Shown: piece after piece, positions 1 to 12,599 of the stretch | Position numbering within the stretch: the stretch's first letter is position 1 | How the letters are laid out: every line of letters starts with the position of its first letter | Assembly: GCF_001194135.2 (NCBI RefSeq) | Contig: NC_068981.1 | Location: 42,268,778-42,312,982 of the forward strand | Source of the DNA: Octopus bimaculoides | Taxonomy: Eukaryota | Reading direction: 5' to 3' | Length of the DNA stretch: 44,205 nucleotides | Notes under the pieces: model-generated | Told to the model about the DNA's origin: nothing | What the model saw: only the letters and a program-made list of their open reading frames with translations | The model's database searches: none | Position numbers and translations under genes: made by a program

Positions 1-1117
1 TATATATATATAGTATTTGTTGCAAAAAATTATTTGATGAAAGGAATAGATTTCTTAAAATTTCATTTTCTCAAATATTCATTAACTGGGGCGGATTCAA
101 TGCTATTGACTTTATTAAGAAGAATAAATTAATATTACAACATGCATAAGATTTTCTACTGGTATGTAGCATAAAGGAACTAAAATATCCATTATCATCT
201 ACCGGGTTAACAGAATCAGATTAACGAATAGATATTTAAAATTAAGAATTTTGTATCCACCGAAGTTTTAAGAATAAACAAAAGAAAACCGACATGTGAT
301 GAATATTCCTATGTTTCTTGTTACTTTCTCTTACAAAATCAATTGCAGTCGCCATTGAAAAGAAAGGAAAAGAATCCAAGGCTTTGTGGAATTTATTTAG
401 TTTCACCACGTTAATTGGTTCTAAAATCCGACTATATTCCAATTACCTCTGAAGAACGCTTTAATCTACATAATACTGTAAGAAAAGTGAGAAGAAGCAG
501 TTTCAACCTCATTTTGTAGTCTCCTTTTAGATGTTAATTTAACATAATAATGTTTGAATGCGCTCTGTGTTATGAAACGACTTTTCCTTTAAGAAATACT
601 CTCATTTCTTGCAATGCCTACTTAAAGCTGAAACTAATAATTCTCTAAGGTAGTAGAGGGTTAAACAGAGAAGTCCTCACAAAATATTTCATTCCTCTAC
701 ACGACATTTCTGACTTGGCAGAAAACCTAATTCAACACCTGCGCGTTGTATACTATAATATTATAGTCTACTACAGCAGATAAATATATCTGCGGAGTGT
801 GCAAATTATTACACATCTTTATTCCCATCGGTACCCACAATTATTCTATAGATTTTATACTCAAACTTTTACAATCCCCCTGTAGCTACTCTTAGCCTTT
901 TCCTTCTTTCTCTCTCCTAATTCTCGTCTCCTTCTCTCTCTTCCCTTGCCACTATTCTAGCCCTCCAATACCTTTTACTACTGCTAATGTTTATTGTTAT
1001 ACATGCACACAAATACTGATTACCACCAGAATATTGATTAGAAAGGAATTAAGTATGATAATGAAAAATCATCATCTTCATTATCATCATCATCTTTATT
1101 ATCGTCGTTGAGTCCTG

Positions 1118-1232
<115 letters not shown>

Positions 1233-1655
1233 TAGGGATGAGAAAATGTTTCCGCTGTGCTGCTTCTGCAATAAAGTGGATGAAACCATTGGCCACATCA
1301 CGAACGAATGTCCTAGACCTGCCCCAAATCACTACAAGTTGCGGCGACATGATCAGGTAGCGAAAATGCAACATTGGAAACTGAGAAAAGTGGGGGCTAG
1401 AGAGAGGCAAGAGATTGTATGAGCACACACTGCAGAGAGTGGGGGAGTCGAGGAATAGCAAAATCCTCTTCCAAACAGATCAGGAGCTAGAGTATAACAA
1501 ACCGGACCTGGTTGTGGTTGACAAAATGCACCATATGCACTTTATAGTTGATGCTGCATTCCCCTTTTACCCACGAATTGTCTTCACCTTGCATTCCTTT
1601 AGGAACGCATTACGTTCACTTTTGTGGATTCGGTCACCATTGTGTTGACGTCAAT
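1233..1655 (+). mobile_element. R4/Dong-clade non-LTR retrotransposon, 5'-truncated 3' fragment (Zn knuckle and part of the RLE endonuclease)
   Basis: CCFCNKVDETIGHITNEC (CCHC knuckle), RRHDQVAK (RHD motif), then after a frameshift KPDLVVVDK...FIVDAAFP (PD..D nuclease motif). Flanked on both sides by (AAT)n. Confidence 0.88.
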
Positions 1656-1679
1656 ATAATAATAATAATAATAATAATA

Positions 1680-1719
<40 letters not shown>

Positions 1720-1724
1720 GGATG

Positions 1725-1781
<57 letters not shown>
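1656..1781. repeat. Compound microsatellite (AAT)n followed by (GAT)n
   Basis: Read directly. Confidence 0.98.
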
Positions 1782-1783
<2 letters not shown>

Positions 1784-1889
1784 GATGTCTTTCAATTTTA
1801 TTTTTATTCATTACAATTTTTATCTGTTCTCCGTTTTCTGGATGCTCCTGATAATGCATCATGCACACCACACGAAAACATAATAACGG

Positions 1890-2815
1890 GAAGCTCTAGT
1901 TACAACAGAAAAGAAGCAAAGTTTTGTTTAATACAGAAGACATCACGGTAACAATTTTGGAAAACTATGTGGTACACAATGATGATTGACTGATATTTGC
2001 GACAAGAGATATCGAAGAAGTCATTGAAAACTGAATGATTTCAAGAATAGAAAGAAGAACGACAGAACAAATTGCTAAAAAGAGCAGCAAATAGAATATA
2101 TTGAAAATTCAGAATGATGGCTATATTTAATCTATGAAAACTTAAAACGGAAACTGAATCAGTAATTAGAACCACTCGGGAGCAAATTATTTATATGAAT
2201 TCGATAAACACAAAAATTGATAAAAGCATAGATAGTAAACGAAGAAATATGGGAAAGCAGACAAAAATATTACCCATCTTCTAGGAGAGTGCTTTGAGCT
2301 ACCAGATAAAGAATATGAATGGAGGTGCGAGTGTGTTGAGGAAAATGTCTTGAGACATTTGTAGATCTGAAGATCTGAAGTATGAATACAAGCCAGGAAC
2401 CACCAGAGTGAATGATAATTTCAAATTTTATATGAGTTCTCCATTGATACTGATCATACTATTGAATTAAGGAGACGATATGTGATCGTGCAGGAGGGGA
2501 AGTACAGACAGTGTAAATCAAAAATTTTGCAATCCTAAAATGATAATAGACTGGATATAAAAGAAACCGAGAAAATCGATAGATATCAGGATCATATAAG
2601 ATAGATGAAGAGATTACGGAACACTAAGAAGAACATCTTTCCTGGCGTAATTGACGCCTAGCAGTATGCCCGAAGTAATATTTAAGGGGATGAAGAAACT
2701 GGAATTGACATACGTATTGCCTGCTTGCAGAAAAGTGCCATTCTGTATTCTAAAAAATTTTCTTGCAATTTGAGGAGTCATGTTCTCACTAAACCTGAGC
2801 ACAAATCTCTGCTAT
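1890..2815 (+). mobile_element. Old, degenerate R4/Dong-clade 3' fragment
   Basis: KTETESVIRTTREQ at 2144 (cf. family motif KxETESLIxAAQEQ), a decayed knuckle, and terminal LQKSAILYS at 2725 (cf. LQKxALLGT). Ends in a degenerate TAACAATAACAAT tail. Many stops and frameshifts; start is approximate. Confidence 0.72.
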
Positions 2816-2829
2816 AACAATAACAATAT

Positions 2830-3023
2830 TCTTTTTTGATTTAGGCACAAGACTAGCAATTTTGTGCGTAGATGAATTAGCTAATCCCATCGAATCAAGG
2901 CCTCGGTTGCTAATCATTTTATCAATCACAAATGGATAGAAGTCAAAGTCGGCATTGTGATTTGAACTCAGACGTAAAGTGTAGGAAGAAAATTAGATGC
3001 CCTATCTACTCTACCAGTTTACT
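2830..3023 (-). mobile_element. tRNA-derived SINE family 1, degenerate copy
   Basis: Recognisable TAGGCACAAG tail and AAAGTCGGC...TTTGAACTCAGACGTAAAG (B-box region, read on +) matching better copies in this window. Confidence 0.6.
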
Positions 3024-3037
3024 TCAAATCATATTTT

Positions 3038-4298
3038 AGTATTCCACGCTCCTGGATACAAGAGACACTGTACATAAGCAAAGCAAATCCAAACCAACTA
3101 AATACAGTATTCATTTCAAGTCAAACTAGAAAATAGTAACATCACTAAAAGGTAAAGAGGAAACAGTTAAATACGGTATTGTGCTCAAAAGGAATGAAAT
3201 CAGCCAAGAAAAGATGCATAATACACCTAACCTTTAGCCCAGCTCTGGTACAACATAGACCTATTGAAGAAATCCATTGCTAGAAACAAATACAATGGCC
3301 TTGCTATAAACCATCTTCAAATAGGCGAGTTGAAATATTTACAAGGAGTTGTACCTGATTGAAAAATCTCCACCATATTGTTCATAAATTCAACCGAATC
3401 ATAAACTTTGAAAATGGGGTACAACAAATGTGTGAAAGCTGATAGAAGACTGGTAAAAATTAACTATAGACAATTAAATGAAATATTGATAGCGAAATCT
3501 AAGCATTAACTCTGAAACAAACATAGAAATACTTCGGACCAGATGAAACTGATATAATACAACAGACTGATACGAATGATAAAATTAGGAAAGAGAACTA
3601 TAGAATAGTGAGACTGAACCTGAACTCAATACTAGAAACATAATAGGAGTTATATACGCTTCAGCTGTAAGTTTCAACATAAAGTAGAACTTATGGGAAA
3701 TAACAAAATCATAGATACAAAAAAAAACCCCAACAAAAACAGGGTAACTTCTGACAGCGTTGCTAACCAACCACGCTAAGCTAATATAGATAGACTATAC
3801 TTTTAAATAGAAAAATCTACGCAGTAAAAAATACTGAGGAAAGATGGAGAACTAAAAGCATAATCAATCCTGCCATAGTCGTTGGAGAAGTGGAACCAAA
3901 GAGAAAAACAACAATGATCCAAAAGCTCTGGGTTAAAAGCAAACACAGAAGATCTGGTTCTAGCTATAGAAAACCAATACCTAACTTGAAAAAGCTACAC
4001 AAATAAAATAACGAAAAATGTTAAAATCAGGTGCATGTTATATAACCAGTACAACGAGACGTTTGACCTCATCATTTCCGACTGCTGAATTCTTGCAAAG
4101 TCTGAGTACATAAAGCATTAGAAACGAGTCAGTATCCTTGTGTCCACTGGGATGAATATCAACGTATCGAGATTAAAACGTATAAGAAGTGGTATTAACA
4201 TATACTAAAGAGGGTAGATGAAAATCATCTGACCACAGTCACTCAGGACATGAGCATCCAAACTGAAAAGGAAATCAAAACAACTCTTAAGGTATAAA
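3038..4298 (+). mobile_element. Degenerate R4/Dong-clade fragment (RT domain to Zn knuckle)
   Basis: SIPRSWIQETL (cf. DSVPHSWI), KIRKENYRIVRL, PR*ANIDRLYF (cf. HPKADIDRLY), CMLYNQYNETFDLIISDC (knuckle). Ends directly at a (TAA)n run. Confidence 0.78.
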
Positions 4299-4299
4299 G

Positions 4300-4373
<74 letters not shown>

Positions 4374-4430
4374 CATAATCATAATAATAATAATAATAAT
4401 AATAACAACAACAATAATAATAATAATAAT
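4299..4430. repeat. (TAA)n microsatellite with CAT/CAA variants
   Basis: Read directly. Confidence 0.98.
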
Positions 4431-4792
4431 AGTGGCTCCCGTGGCTTTTGATGCANNNNNNNNNNGATGTTATGTGCATCACTGATTACGAGCAGGAGTA
4501 GTGGAGGAGCATCATAGCCATATGTTGAGAGGAATTCTTTGGGGTTTGGATAATTCCCCTCTGGAAATATGGGTGTTTTGTTCACCATCCTTAAAACAAA
4601 CTTTATTCAAGGACCTTTTGAGCAGGATAGGCTACTCAACTTGAAAAAATTCTAACTGGGCCTCACCTGCAAGATCATGTGCTGTTTATCGTGATATAAG
4701 ATCACCGTGTTGTGCACATGTGGTTGTGATGCATGTGCCTGGTGTATCCTTATCAGACGGGTAGTCATGATGGGTATATTGGGCTTCGTATA
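4431..4792 (+). repeat. Unclassified interspersed repeat, possibly the 3' UTR of a TAA-associated non-LTR element
   Basis: GC-richer non-coding block wedged between a (TAA)n run and a Dong RT fragment. It resembles a repeat I recall from Octopus sequence (unverified). Confidence 0.4.
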
Positions 4793-5200
4793 ATTGCAGT
4801 CAAGAAATCGTATTGAAGCAATAAATTCGAGTGGAGGACCTTTAATCAGATATGGAGTTGGAATTATAGACTGGACCAGAAAACGACAGAAAATCTAGAA
4901 GGTTGTTGACAATGTATGGATTCCACCCGACAGCTGATATCAACCGGCTGTTCTTGAGAAGAGACCAGAGTGGAAGAGGCTGAATAGCAGTAGAAGAATG
5001 TGTACAAGTGGAAAGAAAAAGCCTAGTAGAATATTTACAGAGCAGCACAGAAAAACTACTAAAGACAGTGAAAAAAAAAAAAAAAAAAAAAAAAAAAGGT
5101 AATGAAGCGCTTAATAGGAGAAAAGGACAAGAATGAAATACAAAGAGAGCACGTCAAACAGCTTGAAGAGAAATCTCTGCATGGCCAATTTTGGAGAAAG
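4793..5200 (+). mobile_element. R4/Dong-clade fragment (RT thumb and linker)
   Basis: RNRIEAINSSGGPLIRYGVGIIDWTR, FHPTADINRLFLRRDQSGRG, KSLHGQFWR. An A27 run interrupts it at 5071-5097. Confidence 0.87.
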
Positions 5201-5449
5201 ATAAATAATTTCTGCAAGAATGATAATTTCTGCATGCTTAATGAAATTGACAACAAAAAATAAATACGATTGAAACAAGAGAGACAAATATCATGGAAAT
5301 ACAACTTAGCAGCACGGAAGTGCCTAAAGTCAGAGAGTTTCTTAAACAGAAACCCCTTAAAAAATTGCTAAAAATTTATCAGTTCTTGAAACAAAACGAT
5401 CATTTCTTCTCCGACAGCGGAGAGCTCTAAGTTGTCGCCCGACCTGTTC

Positions 5450-7010
5450 AAAATAGTCACAAATAATCTCCCATACATCGCACCCAATAGTGTTAAGAAG
5501 AAAGAGACACATTGGATAATCTAATTTTACATACATCTAAGAAGACTATATATTTACAGGCTGGAATGCCTTAGACTATAGAACTGTTCAATGAAGACAG
5601 GGTCTAAGATTAAGCAACACCAGCTACTAATAAAGGCCAAGCAACAACATAAACTAAAAAGTAAACATACAGAGTCTTAAACCCCTAAAGTAGGTTTTGG
5701 AGTGGAGTTCAGCGATTGTTCAAAAGCAAAAATTACTGAACAATAAACCTCCCAAACCATTGTACACTGAAACGCTATAAAAAGTCCTATGATCAATCCC
5801 AAAATGCGATTGTGTAAGATCAAACAATTTACGGGATTGTAAACATAAAATGCATGTTTATTAAAAGAGAAATATTCTAAACACTCTCTCTCTCTCTCCC
5901 CATTCCTTTCGTTACTAGTGTTAGCACATTTAACCAGTATAGTAAACCAGACTGGATACACTCTGGGATGATGATCAATTATCTTTAGTATATGGATGAT
6001 ACTAAGTTTTGTGCTCTAAAAGTCAAACATGTGGAAACATTTGCTTACAGTGTACGATAAGGAAAATCAATAAGGAAATCAGTATAAAATTTGAGTGAGA
6101 AAAATGCGTCAAAGCAACATTGAAAAGAAGGAAATGAATAAAAATCGCTAATAGCATGTTAGATAAAGAACCACTGAGAAACAGAAAATACTTTAAATTA
6201 TTCAAAAGTGAATGAACATGGTTATTAAAGAGATAGACAATGAAACACACATAGCAAGGAAAAGACAAGGAAGAAATACCGACTATTTGCATTAATAATT
6301 AAAACAGCACTAAATGCTAAACATATGATAGATGTTATCAATAATTTAGTTGTTTCAACAATAAGGTATAGTTATATTTCCAACTGGAAGTCATATAAAT
6401 TAACAAAATTAGAAAGAGAAGCAAAGAGAATAATGACTGCATGTGGAATCCACATAAAATTTATATTAACCACAAACAAGGAGGTATAGTTTTTTTTCCA
6501 ATTAGGTAACCATTAAACATATTTACAATAAGATTGTAAAAATATCTGGTAATGAGTAAAGGAACACTAAAACGAATAGCAATAACAAGTGAACAAAATA
6601 GCAACTAAAGCAACAACTCTGCTCTATCATCTAGGAAGTCAATACATATAAAACAGTGTTTCAAGTTGTAGGGATTTTATGAAGCGAAAAAAGAAAGAAC
6701 AACACGAGATTTAAAACTTGTTTACACGAAAGTCGCTAATAAAATATACGCAACTGCAAAAGGTGATTATTGTAAGTTTGAAATAATGGAGAATGAATCT
6801 AGTACATTGCTTTTGACCTTGCCCCAATTTAAGCCACAAATCGAAATATGTAAACACAGACGACAAAGTTGGGAAACACCGATATCGTTATGGAAGATGT
6901 ACAGATGTTAAAAACGCAAAGCAGAGAGACTATCTAAATATAGAATCCTGGTAGTAGAGTTAAATAGAATGTGTGAAGTGAAAATTGAAACAATACTCAT
7001 TATGCAAAAC
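5450..7010 (+). mobile_element. Very degenerate R4/Dong-clade fragment spanning RT to RLE
   Basis: SLSPFLSLLVLAHLTSIVNQTGY, INYL*YMDD (catalytic YMDD at 5989-6000), and near 6920-7000 AERLSKYRILVVELNRMCEVKIETILI (RLE K..KY segment). Boundaries approximate. Confidence 0.75.
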
Positions 7011-7074
7011 TGAAATTGGGAGTGATAAAACTATACCATTTATCGTTTGTTTTCTACCTTTACTTGTTTAAACT

Positions 7075-7166
7075 TCAAAAAGATGAAAAGCAACCTCGAC
7101 CACCGCAAAATTTGAGCCTGGAACGTAAAGACGGGCAAAATTCTGCTCAGTATTTCGTTAGCTCGC
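7075..7166 (-). mobile_element. SINE family 1, partial internally deleted copy
   Basis: GATGAAAAGCAA..CTCGAC..AAATTTGAGCCTGGAACGTAAAGACGG..TTAGCTCGC on +; the head abuts the TAA run. Confidence 0.65.

Positions 7167-7220
<54 letters not shown>
7167..7220. repeat. (TAA)n microsatellite
   Basis: Read directly. Confidence 0.98.
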
Positions 7221-7967
7221 TGTAGTGTTTTTAGTAATATAAAACCGGAAACAGAGGCTCTAATATGTGCTGCCCAAGTGCAAGCAATAACAACAAACTA
7301 CATAAAATACAGGATTGACAACACTGCAGAAAGTGATAAGTGCAGAATCTGTGGACAAAACGGTGAAACCGTATGGCACATTACCAGCCAATGTACGCCA
7401 TGAGCCCAGAAGGAATATAAGAGACGCCACGACAATATAGCCAGGCTTGTCCATTCGCCACTCTGCAACAAATATGAACTTAGCAGAGGAAAAATTGATA
7501 CGACCACAAACCTGAAGGCATCGTCGAAAATAGAAATACAAAGATCCTATAGCATTTTATGATCCAGTGCGACCATGAGATAGAGAATAGGAAGCCGGAC
7601 ATAGTTATAATAGAGAAAGAAAACAAACGATGCTGGATCATAGATATAGCATGCCCAGCTAACAACAAGGTATGCGATAAGGAAGAATGAAAAGTTGGGA
7701 GATATGACAGGTTAGCTTGGAAGGTTAAGCAGTTGTGGTCGATGAAAAAGGTAGCAGTAGTACCTATAATTGTCGGTGCCCTGGGAACAGTGAGCAAAAA
7801 TCTCGAGAAGTAAGTGGGACAAATAGGGGCTGCAATAAGGGTGCTGGTTTTGCAGAAAACAGCACTTCTTGGAACTGCTCGAATACTCCAGAAGGTGCTC
7901 GAAAAATAAGAGGTGTTGCCTTAGTTCGCTGGTAGTGAACAGCTGACACTGTAGTACATCTCCAGTG
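7221..7967 (+). mobile_element. Best-preserved R4/Dong-clade copy, 5'-truncated (Zn knuckle, complete RLE, start of 3' UTR)
   Basis: IKPETEALICAAQVQAITTNYIKYRID..CRICGQNGETVWHITSQC..KEYKRRHDNIA (frameshift) YDHKPEGIVEN..RKPDIVIIEKENKRCWIIDIACP..VVPIIVGALG..LQKTALLGTARILQKVLEK* with stop at 7907-7909. Four internal stops; runs into an N-gap. Confidence 0.95.
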
Positions 7968-8262
7968 NNNNNNNNNNNNNNNNNNNNNNNNNNNNNNNNN
8001 NNNNNNNNNNNNNNNNNNNNNNNNNNNNNNNNNNNNNNNNNNNNNNNNNNNNNNNNNNNNNNNNNNNNNNNNNNNNNNNNNNNNNNNNNNNNNNNNNNNN
8101 NNNNNNNNNNNNNNNNNNNNNNNNNNNNNNNNNNNNNNNNNNNNNNNNNNNNNNNNNNNNNNNNNNNNNNNNNNNNNNNNNNNNNNNNNNNNNNNNNNNN
8201 NNNNNNNNNNNNNNNNNNNNNNNNNNNNNNNNNNNNNNNNNNNNNNNNNNNNNNNNNNNNNN

Positions 8263-8717
8263 ATATATATATATATATATATACAGCTATGTGTGTGCAT
8301 ACATATTCCTATATGCACATTCTGGCACTCACATGCACATACATAAACACACACTCGCACACAAACATATAACAATTTTATCTACCACATAGGTATATGA
8401 ACACGCACAGAAGAGTACATTAGCAGATAATCATAGGCACATATAGAGAAAAGGATTCGTATACATACATAAAATATGCATAGGAATATGTATCTCTCAC
8501 TTTTACGGCTCACATTCAGGCTATATCCCATTTTCCGATTTTATTATCTTCACTTTAACTTATACATACATGCTTTCATGCATGCGGACACATATATACA
8601 AATACATAAAGTGTGTGTGTGTGTATCGTATATACCTATAAATACATATATAATGCACATATATACATATATATCCATATATACATACATGTTTTCTTCA
8701 CACCCACCCACACGCAA

Positions 8718-8759
<42 letters not shown>

Positions 8760-8820
8760 CCACCGCGTACAAGCACATACATGAGCACATGCATGCAGAA
8801 TCACAAAGCATACGCCCAAA
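8263..8820. repeat. Alternating purine-pyrimidine low-complexity tract ((TA)n, (CA)n, TACA)
   Basis: Read directly. Confidence 0.9.
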
Positions 8821-9967
8821 CATATTACGTTTGCATTTTTATATCTGCGTATAAGAATCAGTGAAACTATATGTATAGGGATGTGTTTGAATAGATGTCT
8901 GCATCAATCAACGTTTAGACATGATATACATGACGCAAACACTGGAACTGTCAAATTTGTATGAAATATTGATCGAATATTTACGCTACATGATCAAAAC
9001 TGGTTCAATAATTCATTCCTGTTTATCAAGAAGTTTAGTTTGATTTTACTCGGTATGTAACAATGTTTGTCGTTCAGCTTTAAACATAACACATTTAGTC
9101 ACGATGCGAGATTGAAAATGATATGATATGTAAATAGATAAAGAAATGTTCTGTATGTGTTTCCCTCCCACACCCTCAAGTAATTTGGGTCTGTAAATCA
9201 TATTTATCGCACCAATTTTATTGTTGTTGCAGTCCTTTTGTTTTGCGAATTTCGAAATGTTATTATGGTGTTTTTGCTGTTAATAATTTTTGTTGACGCT
9301 TTCAGTTGTAACTGTTTCCTAGGCACCTCCTCAAATCCAAAAATTACGCCTATTACATACGCAACATATAATTTAGTAAATGCTAGAGTTGTAAACATAC
9401 AGCTAGATAATTGCATATAAATACAAACCTACATACATAAATACTAACAAGCATGCATACTTGAATATAGATATAACCTTCTATGTACATATAATATATA
9501 TTTATGTATTTTCATAAGTTGAGCACCTGCAATTCTGTGGATTGGTATTTAGACAGGCGTGAGTAACTTTCCTGTCATTTCATTAAGTGTGTATTAATAT
9601 TTCCCTATATTCTTAGTAGTCTGAAGTTGATTGGGTACTAAGTAAAGTTACCATTGCTGGGGTTTTCACATAGAATTGTTTTTCTTCATGTATTGTCAGG
9701 TTTCTTGGGTTTATTTACATAATTCTATAAGCCAGTAATTTTTTATGCATGTTCTGATAAATTCCCATTGATTAGGAGGAAATTTGATGAAAATTATATC
9801 TTCTATGTGATTAAAAGGCAGAAATTGTTTTGGCGAAAAAGTGCATGCAAATTCTGAGAGGTTATTCCGAATAGCAATATAAATACATATATGTGCACAC
9901 ATGCATCCACACTTACAATGCACATATGCATGGACGTACCTGCATAGTAAATACATGTATATATATG

Positions 9968-10847
9968 GTAGACCCGTAAAAGATCTTCCTTCAACTAATT
10001 CACGTCAAACTCGGCCTCATGAAAAACTTCGTAAAAACAATGATACACGATGGTTGTGGCTTCCAGTACCTAAAGGTAAAATTTGGTGCAGAGAAAATTG
10101 ACGCAAAACTGAAAGCAAGTATTTCCATTGGTCCCGAGATCAGAGAATTGATATCTGATAGCAAATTCAGAGGTAAACTGAATCCAATTGAGCTGACGGC
10201 GTGGGATTCATTCGTGTTAGTTGTATAGAACGTTCTTGCAAATCATAGAGCTGAAAACTATGCTGATTTAATAAACAACATGCTAAGAGCACATGAAAGA
10301 ATGAGGTATCGAATATCCCTTAAAATGCACTTTTTGCATTCTCATCCCAATTTTTTTCCAACGAATCTTGGTGCCTTTAGTGATGAGCATGTTGAAAGGT
10401 TCCAGCAAGCCATATCTGAGATGGAAACGTGGCATCAACGCCCGTTCAATCCATATTTGATGGGTGACTGCTGCTGGTTCCTACATCAGGAGACCAGTAC
10501 GACGCATAATCGCAAGAGCAAGCGTCTTAAACATTTCTGAGCTGTGCATATTAAAAATAAAGTGAGTATTCTCTTAACATAAATATAGCATGTACCATTA
10601 TATTTGCCTTGAGCATAAATTTACTACATATTCTACTAATATAGTATTATAATAATTATTTACCTTGAAATTAACTATTTCTGATTCTAATACAGTATTA
10701 ATATATAATAATGCGCATAACTCAAAATCTTGACGTGCTACAGCAACTTTGAGTTTAGATTCGGAATCAGCGTATTCGATTTAGTTTAGTACAGCACTAT
10801 TTGTCTGGGTAGCGGACAATAAATCTTTTTTTTTTTGTTGCCCAGTG
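9968..10847 (+). mobile_element. Chapaev3-type (CMC superfamily) DNA transposon, 3' part with right terminus
   Basis: One frame 9968-10540 with two stops and no frameshift: IHVKLGLMKNFVK..GPEIRELI..SLKMHFLHSH..NLGAFSDEHVERFQQAISEME..MGDCCW. The terminus ..TTGTTGCCCAGTG (reverse complement CACTGGGCAACAA) is followed by TTA. Confidence 0.82.
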
Positions 10848-12599
10848 TTACCTGTCTATACACTTTTACTTTTTATAGGAACAATTTTGGAATTGACTTC
10901 CCAATTTCATCGGTTCTGTATCAAATGGACTGCTCGGTCCACAACCTGTGAAACTGCGAAGTTACTGTCAAACGTTTTGTAGTCTTATGTGTGATACTCA
11001 AATGAAATATATTGTGTGACTCTTGAGACAAGTTTTATATCATTCAACTACGGTAGTAGTTGAATAATATTCTTAACGTTGCTTTTTCGTCGCAGTCGGC
11101 GTTTTCCAAGCAATCTCACTCATTCAGATTTAATCGAAATCAAATTTAGTTTTCTGAATTATGTTTGACTAGTGATAAGCTACATTTAGACATAAAATAG
11201 ATTCTGGTGCAGTAGAACAAGAATTAAGAGAAAAAATGTATTGACTTTCGGGTAGTAACGTCCGATATCGACACTTGGAATCCACATCATTCTTCTAATT
11301 TTGGTTAAGAATTATTATATTCATATTAATATGAAAGGGAAATGTTAAAGGAATATATCGGTAAAGGTTTCGTAAAATTTTATCCATTAGAAATAAAAGA
11401 TATTTAATTTTAACTCCCAAATGTTTATCAATTTTTGCGTGATATTAAAGGGACACGACTCATATATGAGCTATACTATTTCTTAGACACACACACAACA
11501 AAAGATAACAGACAACAGAAATCGATACAAAGAGTTCTAACATTTATGTTCATTAGTCTAAATTATTTTTTATAAAAAATGAAATATTTTTGCTTAATTG
11601 TTTTGTGGTATGACTTTTTAAAGTCCATTTTGGAATGAATTATTTTGATAAGAAGATTATTTCATAATATATTAAATCTTTTTTTGATTTTGTCTCTATG
11701 AACAGTACTGAATCATGTAGTAGGTCTGTTCAGAAAAGGCAAATGACAAAAATTCAAATATTTTAACAGTCGATTTTCACTATTTCTAAATTTCCAAACA
11801 TGGAGTTAATTATTTGCATGCTAAAAATGATTTTATAATTTATTTATTAATTTTATAGTAAATAGAATATGATTATTTGTGGCTTTGTCTCTATGAGCAG
11901 TACCGAAGTCTGTAGTAAGGCTGTTCAGAAAAGGCAAATGCTACTTGTAATTATATTCTATTCAATATTAATTTAATTTAATTTATTTAAAATAAAGTCA
12001 TTTTATTAAATTTGTATCCTCATTGTTTTCCGTTATTTTAAAAATTCTTTAAATATATTCATTTGTAACTTTNNNNNNNNNNNNNNNNNNNNNNNNNNNN
12101 NNNNNNNNNNNNNNNNNNNNNNNNNNNNNNNNNNNNNNNNNNNNNNNNNNNNNNNNNNNNNNNNNNNNNNNNNNNNNNNNNNNNNNNNNNNNNNNNNNNN
12201 NNNNNNNNNNNNNNNNNNNNNNNNNNNNNNNNNNNNNNNNNNNNNNNNNNNNNNNNNNNNNNNNNNNNNNNNNNNNNNNNNNNNNNNNNNNNNNNNNNNN
12301 NNNNNNNNNNNNNNNNNNNNNNNNNNNNGTACAAATAAATTAAATTAAAATAAAAAAAAGTGAAATTAATTTGATTTAAAAAAAAGTATGAAAAAGTACT
12401 TAAAAGGTATTTTTTAATTTGAATTTTAGCAGCAATAATTTAAGCTCTAATTTTAATGAGCTTTTTCTTGTCCGCTACTTTTCCAGATTTAATTGTTAAG
12501 AATATTGTTAGTCCGCATTTTTTCATTGGCTAGTATGTAACTATGCGTTTTCATTTCTTTGAAGTATTCTTTCAAACAAATATATTTCGGAAAATACTG

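Noticed and set aside
242-442. 66-aa minus-strand ORF MEYSRILEP..
   Set aside because: Non-ATG start, no recognisable motif and no matching splice boundaries.
5071-5097. A27 run as a retro-insertion tail
   Set aside because: It lies inside the Lys/Glu-rich, A-rich linker of the Dong fragment with no TSD or attached element; likely slippage expansion.
11042-11065. Perfect 10-bp hairpin ATTCAACTAC-GGTA-GTAGTTGAAT
   Set aside because: About one such stem is expected by chance in 44 kb of AT-rich DNA; no supporting context.
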